Source of the DNA: an uncultured Acidobacteriota bacterium
GTDB taxonomy: Bacteria > Acidobacteriota > Thermoanaerobaculia > Multivoradales > UBA5704
Assembly: GCA_963761805.1 (NCBI GenBank)
Contig: CAVXIV010000017.1
Location: forward strand, 8,667 to 72,666
Direction of reading: 5' to 3'
DNA: 64,000 nt
Shown here in pieces: positions 18,163-29,016 of this stretch (within the stretch, counting starts at the first letter, position 1; every line of letters begins with the position of its first letter). A program made the position numbers and the translations under genes. The notes under the pieces are model-generated. The model was not told the origin of the DNA. It saw only the letters and a program-made list of their open reading frames with translations, and did not search any database.

Positions 18163-19428
18163 TCAGCGCGCGCCCTTGGTGTGAGAGGCAATTGCCTCCA
18201 GCGACTCCACAGCCTGCCGCCGGACATCGGGAATCGGGTGCTCGCGCGCGAGCTTCAGGAGCGCCTCGGCCCCGGCGCCGTCCGGAAGGTTGCCGAGCGC
18301 TTCGACCGCCGTTCTCTGGACCTCCCTATCGAGGTCCTGGTTGGCGATCTCGACGAGGATGGACAGCGACGAGCCGGCGGGCCACCGCCCGAGCTCTTCG
18401 GTCGCCACCCTCCGGACTTCGACGGGCGAGCCTTCCCGTGCCGCGCGGATCAAATCGTCCAGGGCGGCGGGGCTTCGGTGCCGCGCCAGTCCTTGGACCG
18501 CTTCCTGGCGTACGCGCAGAGAGCGGGCGGTGCGCGCCGCCTCCGCCAGTGCGATACGGGAAGCCTTGGACTCGTGTCTCCCAAGGCCGGACGCAGCCTC
18601 CGCCCGGACCTCTTCGGCGTCCTGACCGCGTAGGATGCTCAGGAGGAATGGGACCACCCGAGAAGACGTCGTATGGACACTGATGGCTTCAACCAGGTCG
18701 GCCTTGACACCGGCGTCGCCTACTACACTGAACAACCTTTCCAGGAGATCCAGGCTCTCAGTGTCTGCGGCTTTGCCTAGCCACACTATGCGACGGTAGC
18801 CGAGGTTAATGGGGAGCTCGACGTTGGACACCTGGATTGACTCGAGTGCTACGCCGCGCACGGGCACGGCCAGGAGCACGGCAACCGTCTTGTGCAGTTG
18901 TCCTGGCTTAGGGGCTCGGCTATCGGTGAGATCCTCAATCTCATTTAAAGCGCTGATGGTGCCAATCCATTGGTTTGAATCCATCGGTCGATCGATCGAA
19001 TAGCCGATCCAAGCACCCGCAGGGCTGCTGCAAGAAACTTGAAGGCCCCAGCTCCAGCGATTCGCCAACGTACCTGACGGATCGGGCGAGCGCAGGGTCG
19101 AGGCGGCATTAAGAGCAGCGGCTAGTGGAGTTCGCGACACCGAGGACGGCGATACTTTGCGGGGAGTCGCTGCGATCAACCCGACCGATCCAACCTGGGG
19201 CTCAAAGTCCGGGTAGTCCGCTGAGAGCCGAGCTCCTCCCCTAGCTTGCGGCACTTGGCTGTAGATTCCCGCTAGATTGTTAGAGCGCGCCACCGGGACC
19301 AGGAAAATCGCGTTGATCAGGGTGAAAACGGTCGTGCTGATGCCAATCCCAAGCCTTAGGGAGAGGACGGCGACTCGGGTGAGCCCGATTCTCTTTCGAA
19401 GCAGGTGGAAGGCTAGGTACGGTTGCAT
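18163..19428 (-). CDS. HEAT-repeat protein with a degenerate ADOP-like N-terminus
   Basis: C-terminal VRxxAxxxLG HEAT repeats; N-terminal LSLRLGIGISTTVFTLINAIFL..YPDF. Confidence 0.7.
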   Translation of the reverse strand: MQPYLAFHLLRKRIGLTRVAVLSLRLGIGISTTVFTLINAIFLVPVARSNNLAGIYSQVPQARGGARLSADYPDFEPQVGSVGLIAATPRKVSPSSVSRTPLAAALNAASTLRSPDPSGTLANRWSWGLQVSCSSPAGAWIGYSIDRPMDSNQWIGTISALNEIEDLTDSRAPKPGQLHKTVAVLLAVPVRGVALESIQVSNVELPINLGYRRIVWLGKAADTESLDLLERLFSVVGDAGVKADLVEAISVHTTSSRVVPFLLSILRGQDAEEVRAEAASGLGRHESKASRIALAEAARTARSLRVRQEAVQGLARHRSPAALDDLIRAAREGSPVEVRRVATEELGRWPAGSSLSILVEIANQDLDREVQRTAVEALGNLPDGAGAEALLKLAREHPIPDVRRQAVESLEAIASHTKGAR

Positions 19429-20044
19429 AGCTAGACTCCTGTTCGCCAGCAGCCCAAGGATTACTCTAACACTGCTTGGGAGCACATGGAAGAGCGTTGG
19501 GTAAGTTCCTGAGCTTACCGTTTCTTCACGCCGTCCCAACTGGTAGGCCCCGGGGAGGAACTTCTAACCGAGCCACCCCGCGGCCTCCGTGCAGACGGTG
19601 CAAAGCAGGGGCTGCACTTCTACCGCTGGTGCGGACACCGGACCAGAATTCTCCGCGCGGCTCGATCTGGCGGGCTACTGCTGGCCAGACGCGGCAGCTT
19701 CACCGAAGCCACTTGTCACGAGCCGACCGCTGGAGGCGAGTAGTCGCTCAACACAGGCGGCATGCCGTTCGGGTTCTCCAGCAGGTCCAAGGCAGTTTCG
19801 AGGCCCGCGAGTTGGCGCGCCGGGTCGTGCGGCCGGTCCAGCGGTAGCCATGGCTCAAGGGGACGCGGACACATCGCCGGGAGACTGGAGGTCTACACCT
19901 CGGCCGTCATCGCCGGTCTCCACCTACCCGTGCAGGATACCCGGTTGCCGGGCAGGCAGCGTCGATCCGGCCAGCCTCACCGAGGCCGGCTGTCTTCGAG
20001 GATCCTACACTTGGCTGGGGCGCCGTCGCGGCGGGCGGCGTGGA

Positions 20045-20933
20045 GATCCCACACCGTTCCCGGCACCCATCAGACGATTGTCGAACGGCAAGAGGCCAAC
20101 GCTCCTCCAGGCGCAGAGTGCCAGCCAACGAGTGGACGCGTGGGCTCAGGCTCGGCCGCCCGAGCTTTGGCAGAAAGTCGCGGTTCGTTCCGGCACCAAG
20201 GGAGAATTGCGCGTAGAGGCCTTGCACGGCTCTGTGTGGTTGTGGGACGGCAGAGAGCCGAAGGCCAGCGACTGGCACGTCGTGGCGATCCGGGAGTTGG
20301 CTTCTCCCAAGACGATCAAGTATGTCCTGAGCAATGCCCCTGTGGACACCTCGCTGGAGCGGTTGGTGCAAATGCAGAGGCAGCGGTTTTGGATTGAGCG
20401 TTCGTTCGAAGATGGCAAGAGCGCGAGCGGTCTGGCCGACTACCAGGTGCGGGGTTGGCGCGTGGCACCATCACATGGCCTTGGTCCTGATGGCGATGCT
20501 GTTCATGCTGGAGGGGAAGTTCTCCCACAAGGAGAGCTATCCGTTGCTGAGTTGTGCGGACATCGAAGCTCTGTTGGCTCGCCTCTTACCCAGGCGGGAC
20601 GTGACGGTCGATGAAGTCGTTCGCCAGATGGAAGTCCGGCACGCGGCTCGCCAGAGGGCGATCGAGTCCGCTTATCGACGACAACGACTCGCCGACGCCG
20701 GGTAGGGTGCTCCAACGGCGTCTTGGCCTCAAGTGGCATCTCAACAGGAGTCGCAGTCGAGCCCGCCATGCCACGGGTCGAGATTTCTCTGTCTCTGCGG
20801 CGGACGCGCAAGAGGTCGATTCGACTCACCAATGGAGATCTTGACCAGCGAGGCGAGCAGCGCGCGGCTTTACCCTGAGCTACGACGAGCACTTCGAGCA
20901 GCAGAGTCAATCTAACAAAGTAAAGTAGAATTA
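20045..20933 (+). mobile_element. IS701-family transposase remnant (C-terminal, frameshifted)
   Basis: KYVLSNAP..QRFWIERSFEDGKSASGLADYQVRGW / WHHHMALVLMAMLF; ends approximate. Confidence 0.8.
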
Positions 20934-21005
20934 GGGGTACGCCCATCCAGCCCGGTGCCGGCGGTCGGCGCGGAGTAAGCAGCCGCCGGCGAGGGCCTGC
21001 CGTTT

Positions 21006-23024
21006 CTACAGGGCGGGTGGTTGCAACACGACCACCCGCCGCCCCCAGAGATCTACCAGCGTCGAAACCAGCTCCTGGCGCCTGGTCTCGCCTTGGATAC
21101 CCTGGCTGTCCATCAGCTCCGCGATCGATCGCCGGTGATCGGCGGCGAGCAGGAGAAGGAAGAGATCCTCGGCGATCTCGACTTTCGATTCGCAGAAGAA
21201 ATCGTTGGCGGTGCTCTCGATGAAGTAGCGCATTTTCGAGATGCCGTTCATCCCTTCGTCGCGCCGCACCAGCTTACGGTTCTGGCGCAGGCTCGGCGCC
21301 AAGGCCCCATAGGCGGGATCCGCGGGGGAGAGCGCCCCTTTGCAGACCAGGTAGTCGCCCAGCACCAGATAGGTCAGCCCGGTCGTGAGATAACAGGCGA
21401 TCGCGTCCTCGGCCGAATCCACGATCGGTTCGGCGTTGTTGTTGAAGGACGTATTGAGCAGCATCGGAACGCCCGTCCGTTTGGAAAACTCGTCGAGCAG
21501 ATCCCAGTACCGGGGATTGTCCTGGCGCGACACGGTATGCGCGCGCGCCGTGCCATCCACGTGGGTGATCGCGCCGAGCTCGGCCCGCCACGCTTCCCGA
21601 ACGCCGAGCACGAAAATCATGAACGGAAACTCGGTGTTGCCCGGCACGGTCTCGAAAAAGTCGCTCACCCTCTCTTCAATCACCGAGGGAGCGAAGGGGC
21701 GGTATCCTTCCCGCTTCTTGATCATCCGGTTGATGCGGTCCTTGTTGTCGGGCGGACGGGGATCGGCCAGGATGCTGCGGTTGCCCAGGGCACGAGGACC
21801 AAACTCCGAGCGCCCCTGCACCCAACCGACCACTGCGCCCTCGGTCAGCAGACCGGCGGTCCGCTCGGCGATCCGCTCCACCTTCTCGAAGGACACCAGA
21901 CCTTCCCAGGATTCCAGGATCCTGCCGATCTCGTCCGGCGCCGGCAGATCGGAGCCGAGATAAACGTGGGTCATCGGCGAAGAGGGCCGGCCGTGACCCT
22001 CGTCGTGGAGTACTTTCCAGACGGCGCCCAGGGCGGTCCCCGCATCGTGCGCCGCCGGCTGCACGAACATCCTCTTGAACAGGCCGGAATACAGGATCCT
22101 GCCGTTCATGCTGCAATTGTGGGCCACGCCTCCGGCAAGGCAGAGGTTCTCTTCTCCGGTCGCATCCCGGAAGTGATGCATGATGTGAAGGGCGATCTCT
22201 TCCAGCGCGGCCTGCAAGCCGGCGGCGAAATCCTTGTGCACCTGGGTGAAAGGCTCCCCCTTGCGGCGCGCCTTCGCCAGCACTCCCGCCTGCTGAAGGT
22301 AATTCAACTGCTCGGCGAACGGAGCAAGCTCGTAGTTGCCGCCTGGCAACAGCTTGTAGCAGCGCCGGAACAAGCTCTCGTAGACTTTCGGATCGCCCAG
22401 GGGAGCGAGCCCCATCACCTTGTATTCGTCGAAGCGGGAGTAGCCCAGGATCTTGATGAGAATGGTGTACCAGTTGCCCAGCGACTGGACGTCCGGGACC
22501 TCCCGGATCGGCTTGAGCTCGCCGCCGGCCGCTTGCAGCACCATGCCGCACAGGCCGTCGCCGCTGCCGTCGAGGGTCATGACGAGTGCCCGGTCGTAAC
22601 CCGACGCGTAATACGCGCTGACGGCGTGGGCTATATGGTGATGGCAGAACTGGATGCGCTGGGTAACGTCCACCTGGAATTCCTCTTCCAGAAGAGCGCC
22701 AAGAGCGATACGGGCCGGCTGCGATTGTGCACTTGGTATCCCCAGCGCGAGGCGGAGCTGGTACATATCCAGCGCCCGCTCAGAAAAATTGAACACTACT
22801 CGGTCGACCTCACCCAGGCCGATGCCCGCCGTGTCCAGGCAGAAGCGGATCGCTTGCAAGGGGAAGAAGTTCGAGTGCTTGACGCGGTTGAGCCGCTCTT
22901 CCTCAATGGCCGCGACAATTTCATGATCCCTGACGAGGACCGCCGCGCCGTCGTGCTGCTCAAAGTTCGGCCCCGCATCCTCGAATTCCCGCACCTTACT
23001 ACCATGTATGCCGAGAAGATACAT
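21006..23024 (-). CDS. Carbamoyltransferase, CmcH/NodU/TobZ family
   Basis: HDGAAVL..EEERLNRVKH, HHHIAHA, EYKVMGLA, LAGGVAHN, EFGPRALGNRS, REGYRPFAP, LNTSFN. Confidence 0.95.
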   Translation of the reverse strand: MYLLGIHGSKVREFEDAGPNFEQHDGAAVLVRDHEIVAAIEEERLNRVKHSNFFPLQAIRFCLDTAGIGLGEVDRVVFNFSERALDMYQLRLALGIPSAQSQPARIALGALLEEEFQVDVTQRIQFCHHHIAHAVSAYYASGYDRALVMTLDGSGDGLCGMVLQAAGGELKPIREVPDVQSLGNWYTILIKILGYSRFDEYKVMGLAPLGDPKVYESLFRRCYKLLPGGNYELAPFAEQLNYLQQAGVLAKARRKGEPFTQVHKDFAAGLQAALEEIALHIMHHFRDATGEENLCLAGGVAHNCSMNGRILYSGLFKRMFVQPAAHDAGTALGAVWKVLHDEGHGRPSSPMTHVYLGSDLPAPDEIGRILESWEGLVSFEKVERIAERTAGLLTEGAVVGWVQGRSEFGPRALGNRSILADPRPPDNKDRINRMIKKREGYRPFAPSVIEERVSDFFETVPGNTEFPFMIFVLGVREAWRAELGAITHVDGTARAHTVSRQDNPRYWDLLDEFSKRTGVPMLLNTSFNNNAEPIVDSAEDAIACYLTTGLTYLVLGDYLVCKGALSPADPAYGALAPSLRQNRKLVRRDEGMNGISKMRYFIESTANDFFCESKVEIAEDLFLLLLAADHRRSIAELMDSQGIQGETRRQELVSTLVDLWGRRVVVLQPPAL

Positions 23025-23358
23025 CTTCCACGTCCTCCATTGACAGCCTCGTGGCCTCCAGAATCATCATCAATATATTAGCTCCGAAAAACAGTGCGAC
23101 GGATGAATATTAAATATTACTTATAGAACAGCTAAAGCTGATTGGCTATTTAGTAATCATCTGGGCCGTCTGATCGCATGGAAGGATGTCTCCTAGGCTC
23201 TTGTTGCCGTAAGCGCTTAGTTACAGGCAAATTATAGCGAATGACGTAGGACTGTCTAGACTGGGATTGTACGCAACTTGTACGCGGTTGGTCTCGCCCG
23301 TGCAATCGGGAGATCACCTGGGTCTCTAGTGGACATTTCTAGACTATAAATTGCGTCC

Positions 23359-23484
23359 ATGAGGGCCGCAATCAAGCTGACGGATGCTGAGTATACGGAA
23401 CTGAGTCGTCGTGCAGCGAGTCGGACGGGACGTGCCGAGGATGCACGCCGCGCTCGTGTCATCTTGCTTCTGGGCGAGGGATGA
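23359..23484 (+). mobile_element. IS630-family transposase N-terminal remnant
   Basis: MRAAIKLTDAEYTELSRRAASRTGRAEDARRARVILLLGEG*. Confidence 0.65.
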
Positions 23485-23831
23485 CCGGCCATCCAAGCGC
23501 TGGACCGACTTCAGCTCTATCTGGACCCGGAGATGGCCGGGCCGCTGGCCGATCGCCTCGTCGGCGGCCCCGAGATCCCTCTGTCCGAGGTTCCGGGCCT
23601 GCCGGGCGGCAGGGACGAGGCCGTCCGCCTGCTTGCTCGCCGCGGCCATGCCTACATCGCCGTGGACCTCACCACCCCCGAGGTCGCCGCGCCGGCCTTT
23701 TGGTGGTGCGGGTCGTCGCCCCCGGGCTCTACTCGAATCCGCCGGCGGCGTTCCCGTACCTGGGTGGCGAGCGCTTGGCGGCGGCCCTGGAAGGGCGGGA
23801 GCCCTGCCTGTTGCTGTTGCCGTACGGCTGA
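23484..23831 (+). pseudogene. C-terminal remnant of a YcaO-family protein
   Basis: LQLYLDP..AVDLTTPEV../VVRVVAPGLYSNPPAAFPYLGGERL..LLLPYG, one frameshift. Confidence 0.6.
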
Positions 23832-23957
23832 AACTATCCCGCCGCCCGCGCGTGACTGTCCTTCCATTCCTTCAAGCAGTACCTCGGTCGGCTCGTCTCC
23901 TTTTCACTCATCGTGTTCTCCTTCGGATCAGAACGCATGAGTTCCGTCCTCCTGCTC

Positions 23958-24896
23958 TTATGAGACGCCGAGGCACCACTGGAGGACGGCCATGGCGCTC
24001 GTCATCTTGTGGTACGCCTGCCGAAAGGCGATGCTCTGCGGGCCGTCGAGGACCTCGTTGAGCACCTCGTACCCCCGCATGGCCGGCAGGTCGTGGAGAA
24101 AGACCGTGCTGCCGTTGGGCTTCGAGACTTCGGCCATGACCGCCGGCGTCACGGTATAGGGGCGGAACTTGGGGAGCCAGTCCTCGGCCCTCTGGACCCC
24201 CATCGTCAGCCAGCGGGTGGTGTAGACTGCGTCCGCCCCCTGCCGGGGGAGCCGGCCCATGTCGTGGTGCTGCTCGATCTGTGAGCCGCTCGCCGCAGCG
24301 ATGGCTTGAGCTTCTGCGACAAAATCCGTCGGCAGCCCGTACCCCTCGGGAGTTACCAGGGTCAGCCGCATGCCAGGGATCCGCGCTATGGCCAGGGTGA
24401 TCGCCGAGGCAGAGCTGTTTCCCTCCCCGATGTAGAGCACGTGCAGGCCTTCGAGACGGCCAAAGCGCTCCCGTAGGGTGGCGAGGTCTGCCAGCGACTG
24501 GGTCGGATGCTCGTTCGCGCTCATCGCGTTGATCACCGCCATGAGGTCCTGCGAGGCGAACTGGAGCATTTCCTCGATCGCGTCGTTGGTGCGGATGACG
24601 AGGGCGTCCAGGTAGTTGGCCAGCACTCTCGCGGTATCCGGCACCGTCTCTCCTGTCACGATCTGCAGGTCGTTGGGGCCGTAGGCGATGACCTGGGCAC
24701 CTAGTTTCATCGCCCCGACGGTGAACGACGTCCGGGTACGCGTGGAGGTCTTGCGGAAGTAGATGCCGACGATGCGGCCGGCTAGGGGGCGCCGCCCCTC
24801 CCTTCGCCCTGCGGCGATGGCGACGGCGTCCTCGACCAGCGACAGGAGAGTCTCGCCCTCAAGGTCGGATATAGAGAGCAGGTGCTTCACCGGCAT
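23958..24896 (-). CDS. Ornithine carbamoyltransferase-family protein, possibly VioL-like diaminopropionate carbamoyltransferase
   Basis: KTSTRTR and HPTQ motifs; HDLP instead of the usual HCLP; directly downstream of sbnB. Confidence 0.85.
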   Translation of the reverse strand: MPVKHLLSISDLEGETLLSLVEDAVAIAAGRREGRRPLAGRIVGIYFRKTSTRTRTSFTVGAMKLGAQVIAYGPNDLQIVTGETVPDTARVLANYLDALVIRTNDAIEEMLQFASQDLMAVINAMSANEHPTQSLADLATLRERFGRLEGLHVLYIGEGNSSASAITLAIARIPGMRLTLVTPEGYGLPTDFVAEAQAIAAASGSQIEQHHDMGRLPRQGADAVYTTRWLTMGVQRAEDWLPKFRPYTVTPAVMAEVSKPNGSTVFLHDLPAMRGYEVLNEVLDGPQSIAFRQAYHKMTSAMAVLQWCLGVS

Positions 24897-24916
24897 GTGG
24901 CCTCCTCGGACATGGA

Positions 24917-25936
24917 TCAGGACCGTGCGGTCGGCAGGAACGAGGGGATGTGGGTGCCGAGGCGGGCCGCACGGGCCAGCTCCGCGATCCGCTGGCCGAC
25001 CGCGATATCGAGAACGCCGAGGCCGAAGGGGCTGAAGACTGCGGCCGCGCCGTCCCGCCGCGGCGGCTCCGCTCCCCGCAGGATGTCGGCCAGAGTGCAG
25101 CGGATGAAGCCGCGTCCGCCGGTCGCCTGCTCCGCCAGGTGCAGAGAGGTCTGGGCGCGGCAGACGTGGTCCGGGTCGTCGACGACGTTGTCGCAGGCCA
25201 GGATCGCCTCCGGCGCGAGGTCCCGTAGCGACAGGTGCAGGACGACCGCTCCCGGCCGGCAGGCCGAGAGATCGCCGACATGAGGGCGGATGGCGGTGGT
25301 GGCGAACGAGATCAGCGGACAGGCGGCCAGCACCTCCTCGCTGCTAGCTGCCGTCCCGGCCTCGATCTCCGCGCCCAGGGAATCGCGGAGGCTCGCCGCG
25401 AAACGGCGGGCCCGCTCAAGATCGAGATCGAACAGCAGGAACCGGCGAGCCCCCGGGAGCGCGGCGAGCAGGAAGCGCGCGACCTCTAAGTTGATCACGC
25501 CGGTGCCGATCAGGCCGATCCGCTCGGGCACTGCGCCCTCCAGCAGCACCCGCGCGGCCAGCGCGGCGCTCGCGGCGGTGCGGCGGGCGCTGATCACCGA
25601 ACCTTCAAGGATCACCTCGGGCCGGCCGGTCTCGCAGGAGTTGAGGATCAGCACCGCCGAGGCGCGCTCCATGCCGCGCCCGACATTGGCCGGGAACGAG
25701 GCGATCCACTTTATTCCGGCGACGTCGAAGCCGTCGCCGAGAAAGGCCGGCAGCGCGATGATCCGGTTGCTCTCGTCGCCGGGGAAGCGCAGGAAGGTCG
25801 AATGCGGCAGGGAGCTCGCCCCGTTGCGATGGGCCACGTAGGCCCGGGCGACGAGGGCAATCAGCTCGGGCTCGCGGGCCGTGAGCAGCGACGTCACGTC
25901 GTTCCCGCTCAGGACTAGAAGAGTGCCGTCTTGCAT
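24917..25936 (-). CDS. sbnB: 2,3-diaminopropionate biosynthesis protein SbnB
   Basis: LPHSTFLRFP..NRIIALPAFLG..GIKWIASFPAN..ERASA..LHLSLRDL..FSPFGLGVLD. Confidence 0.92.
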   Translation of the reverse strand: MQDGTLLVLSGNDVTSLLTAREPELIALVARAYVAHRNGASSLPHSTFLRFPGDESNRIIALPAFLGDGFDVAGIKWIASFPANVGRGMERASAVLILNSCETGRPEVILEGSVISARRTAASAALAARVLLEGAVPERIGLIGTGVINLEVARFLLAALPGARRFLLFDLDLERARRFAASLRDSLGAEIEAGTAASSEEVLAACPLISFATTAIRPHVGDLSACRPGAVVLHLSLRDLAPEAILACDNVVDDPDHVCRAQTSLHLAEQATGGRGFIRCTLADILRGAEPPRRDGAAAVFSPFGLGVLDIAVGQRIAELARAARLGTHIPSFLPTARS

Positions 25937-26224
25937 GACGTCCTTTCCAGAGGCTCGAGGGTCCGCTCCTGGAGCTTCTCGACCATGGCGAGCACGCCCC
26001 CCGAGGAGCCGCCATCCTCTTGACAACCGGAACAGCGACGGCGGCCGGCGGATTGGTAGTTGCCATTGCGCTATTACTTCTCGGCTATTAATATAATATA
26101 TAGAGAGTCGAATTGTCGACTCATAGGCAAGAAGGCATGGACCACATGAAGGCTAGCAAAGCAGGTTCTATCCTGGACGACCTTTACTCTGGTAGCTAAC
26201 CTCCGTCCGCTCCTCGCCGGGCGC

Positions 26225-27088
26225 GTGGATCGTCCGGCCAAGCGGATCCTGGAGCACGCCTTGAGCTCGGGAATCCTTTTCCCCGGCGGGGTGGTGGTCG
26301 AGTCGAGCTCCGGCAACATGGGGATCGGCCTCGCCCAGGCCTGCCGCTACCACGGCCTGCGCTTCATCTGCGTCGTGGACCCGAAGACCACCGAGGCGAA
26401 CCTTCGGGTCCTGCGGGCGTACGGGGCCGAGATCGACCTCGTCTCCGAGCCGCACCCCGGGACGGGAGAGTTCCTCCAGGCACGGATCGAGCGCGTCCAG
26501 GAGCTCCTGCGCGTCATTCCAGGAGCTTTCTGGCCGAACCAGTACGCCAACTTGAGGAATTCGGCCTCCCACTATCACACCACGCTGCACGAGGTGGCGG
26601 CGGCCTTGGGCGGGAAGGTCGATTTCGTGTTCGTGCCGACGAGCACCGGCGGCACCTTGCGCGGCTGCTGCGAGTATGTCCGCGATCATGGGATGGCGAC
26701 CCGCGTCATCGCCGTCGATGCCTTCGCCAGCATGATCTTCAGCGACACCCGGGCGCCGCGGATGATCCCCGGCCTGGGAGCCGGCCTGCGGCCGCCGCTC
26801 TGCGATCCGTCCCTGGTCGATAATTGCGTGCACGTCAGCGATCTCGATTGTGTCGCCGGCTGCTGCCGGCTGATAGAGCGCAAGGCGATCCTCGCCGGTG
26901 GCTCTTCGGGAGGCGTGCTGGCGGCGGTCGAGGGTTTCGCCGGGAGGATCCCCACCGGCGCCGCGGTCGTCGCTCCCCTGCCCGACTGGGGCGAGCGCTA
27001 CCTGGACACCGTGTTCTCGGACGATTGGGTGCTTTCGCCCTTCGGCGATGTCCGCTCCCTCTGGCTCCAGGCGGGGAAACGGTCCTGA
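26225..27088 (+). pseudogene. sbnA: SbnA (PLP cysteine-synthase-like), 5'-truncated
   Basis: ESSSGNMG, WPNQYAN, STGGT, IPGLGAG, GGSSG, PDWGERYLDT; N-terminus and the PLP Lys before DRPA are missing. Confidence 0.85.
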
Positions 27089-27089
27089 G

Positions 27090-28756
27090 ATGAAGTTGCT
27101 GAGGTTCCTGATGCTCTACTCACGCGGTGCCGTGATCGCCGCGATCCTCGCGGGGATCGTCAGCGGGATCGGCAGCACGGCGTTGCTGGCTCTGATCAAC
27201 GCCTCGTTGAGGGCGCAGGGTCTCTCGGGCCCGGCCCTGGCCTGGGCATTTCTCGGGTTCTGCCTGGTGGTGCCGGTCAGCCGGGTCGCCTCCGAGCTGT
27301 TGCTGGCGCAACTCGGCCAGGGGACGGTCCTGGACCTGCGGGTCCGCCTGAGCCGGCGCATCCTGGGCGTCCCGCAGCGCACCCTGGGGAGCTGGGGTCA
27401 CACCGGCTGCTCACCCTGCTGACCCAGGACGTGCCGGCGATCAGCAATGTCGTGGTCCTCATCCCTGTCCTCTGCATCAACGTCTCCGTGATCCTGGGTT
27501 GCCTGGTCTACCTGGGCTGGCTGTCCTGGCAGGTGCTGCTGGCGGTCCTGCTGTTCATGGCCCTCGGCATCGCACCTACCAGTGGCCGGTGTCGCGGGCG
27601 ATCCGGCATCTCAACGCGGCGCGCGAGCAGGACGATCAGCTGATGAGCCACCTCCGCGGCTGACCGCGGGGAGCAAGGAGCTGAAGCTGCACCGCGAGCG
27701 CCGGGAGGCTTTCCTGTCGCGGGTGCTGGGGGGGACGGCGCAACGGGTCTGGAAGCACAACATCGACGGCCTGCGCATCTACACCCTCGCCTCGAGCTGG
27801 GGGCAACTCCTGGTCTTCGTGGCGGTCGGCCTCGTCCTCTTTGTGCTGCCCTTGATCCAACCCACCGGCCGCACCCTGCTCACCGGCTACGTCATGGTGC
27901 TGCTCTACCTCATGGGGCCGCTGCAGATGGTGATGAACTCGCTGCCCACGGTCGGCCGGGCCGGCGTCTCCATCCGCCGGGTCGAGGAGATGGGGGAGGA
28001 GCTCGCCTCCTACGCTGAGGACGAGCCGAAAGCGGCCGTCTCGCGGCCGGACCCGCGTGGAGCAGCCTGTCCCTGCGCGGGGTGACGCACGGCTACCGGC
28101 GTGAGGGGGAGGAGAGCTCGTTCGTCCTCGGACCGATCGATCTCACGTTCCAACCGGGCGAGCTGGTCTTCATCGCGGGGGGCAACGGCAGCGGCAAGAC
28201 CACGCTCGCGAAGCTGATCACCGGGCTGTACATCCCGGACTCCGGAGAGATCCTCTTCAACGGCCGGAAGGTGGATGACGAGAGCCGCGACGCCTACCGG
28301 CAGCAGTTCTCCGCGGTCTTCTCGGACTTCTACCTTTTCGGTTCCCTCCTGGGCCTCGATGCCCCGGACCTCGACGTGGCGGTCCGGGAGTACCTTGAGC
28401 GCCTGCAGCTCTCCCACAAGGTGCGGGTGGTGAACGGCGAGCTCTCCACCACCGAGCTCTCGCAGGGCCAGCGCAAACGTCTGGCGCTGCTGACCGCCTA
28501 TCTGGAAGACCGGCCGATCTACCTCTTCGACGAGTGGGCGGCGGACCAGGACCCGGTGTTCCGCGAGTTTTTCTATTACGACATTCTGCCGGCGCTGAAG
28601 TCGAAGGGCAAGCTGGTGCTCGCGATCAGTCACGACGACCGTTACTCCGGCCTCGGAGACCGCCTGATCAAGCTGACCTACGGCCAAGTGGAGCGCAATG
28701 CCTCCCCTTCGCAGGAAGAGGGGGAGCTCTGGAGAGCGGCGGAGAGAGCGTCCTGA
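27090..28756 (+). pseudogene. Cyclic-peptide export ABC transporter (SyrD/PvdE/YojI type), multiple frameshifts
   Basis: TM segments, KELKLH, GGNGSGKTT, LSQGQRKRLAL, FDEWAADQDP spread over four ORFs. Confidence 0.9.
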
Positions 28757-29016
28757 AGAGGCAGAACCGATGCAACGACTGAGCGATCTGAGCAGCCCAA
28801 GTCTGGAAATTCGGCAGGAAGATTTGGCGCGGGTGCGCTACCTCCGCGATCTGAGCAACATCGATCAGATCCCGGCCGCGGAGCGGGAGCTCCTCGAAAA
28901 GGTTGCCGAAAATACGTTTTCCGCGCCAACGACTACTACCTGCGGCTGATCGACTGGTCCGATCCGCACGATCCGATCCGGGCCATCGTCATCCCGCGAA
29001 GCGAAGAGCTTAACTG

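Noticed and set aside
19560-20045. Coding-looking fragments before the IS701 remnant
   Set aside because: No recognisable family in any frame
21021-23081. 686-aa plus-strand ORF
   Set aside because: Antisense shadow of the carbamoyltransferase
23958-24896. Housekeeping argF
   Set aside because: HDLP variant and linkage to sbnB point to secondary metabolism; symbol withheld
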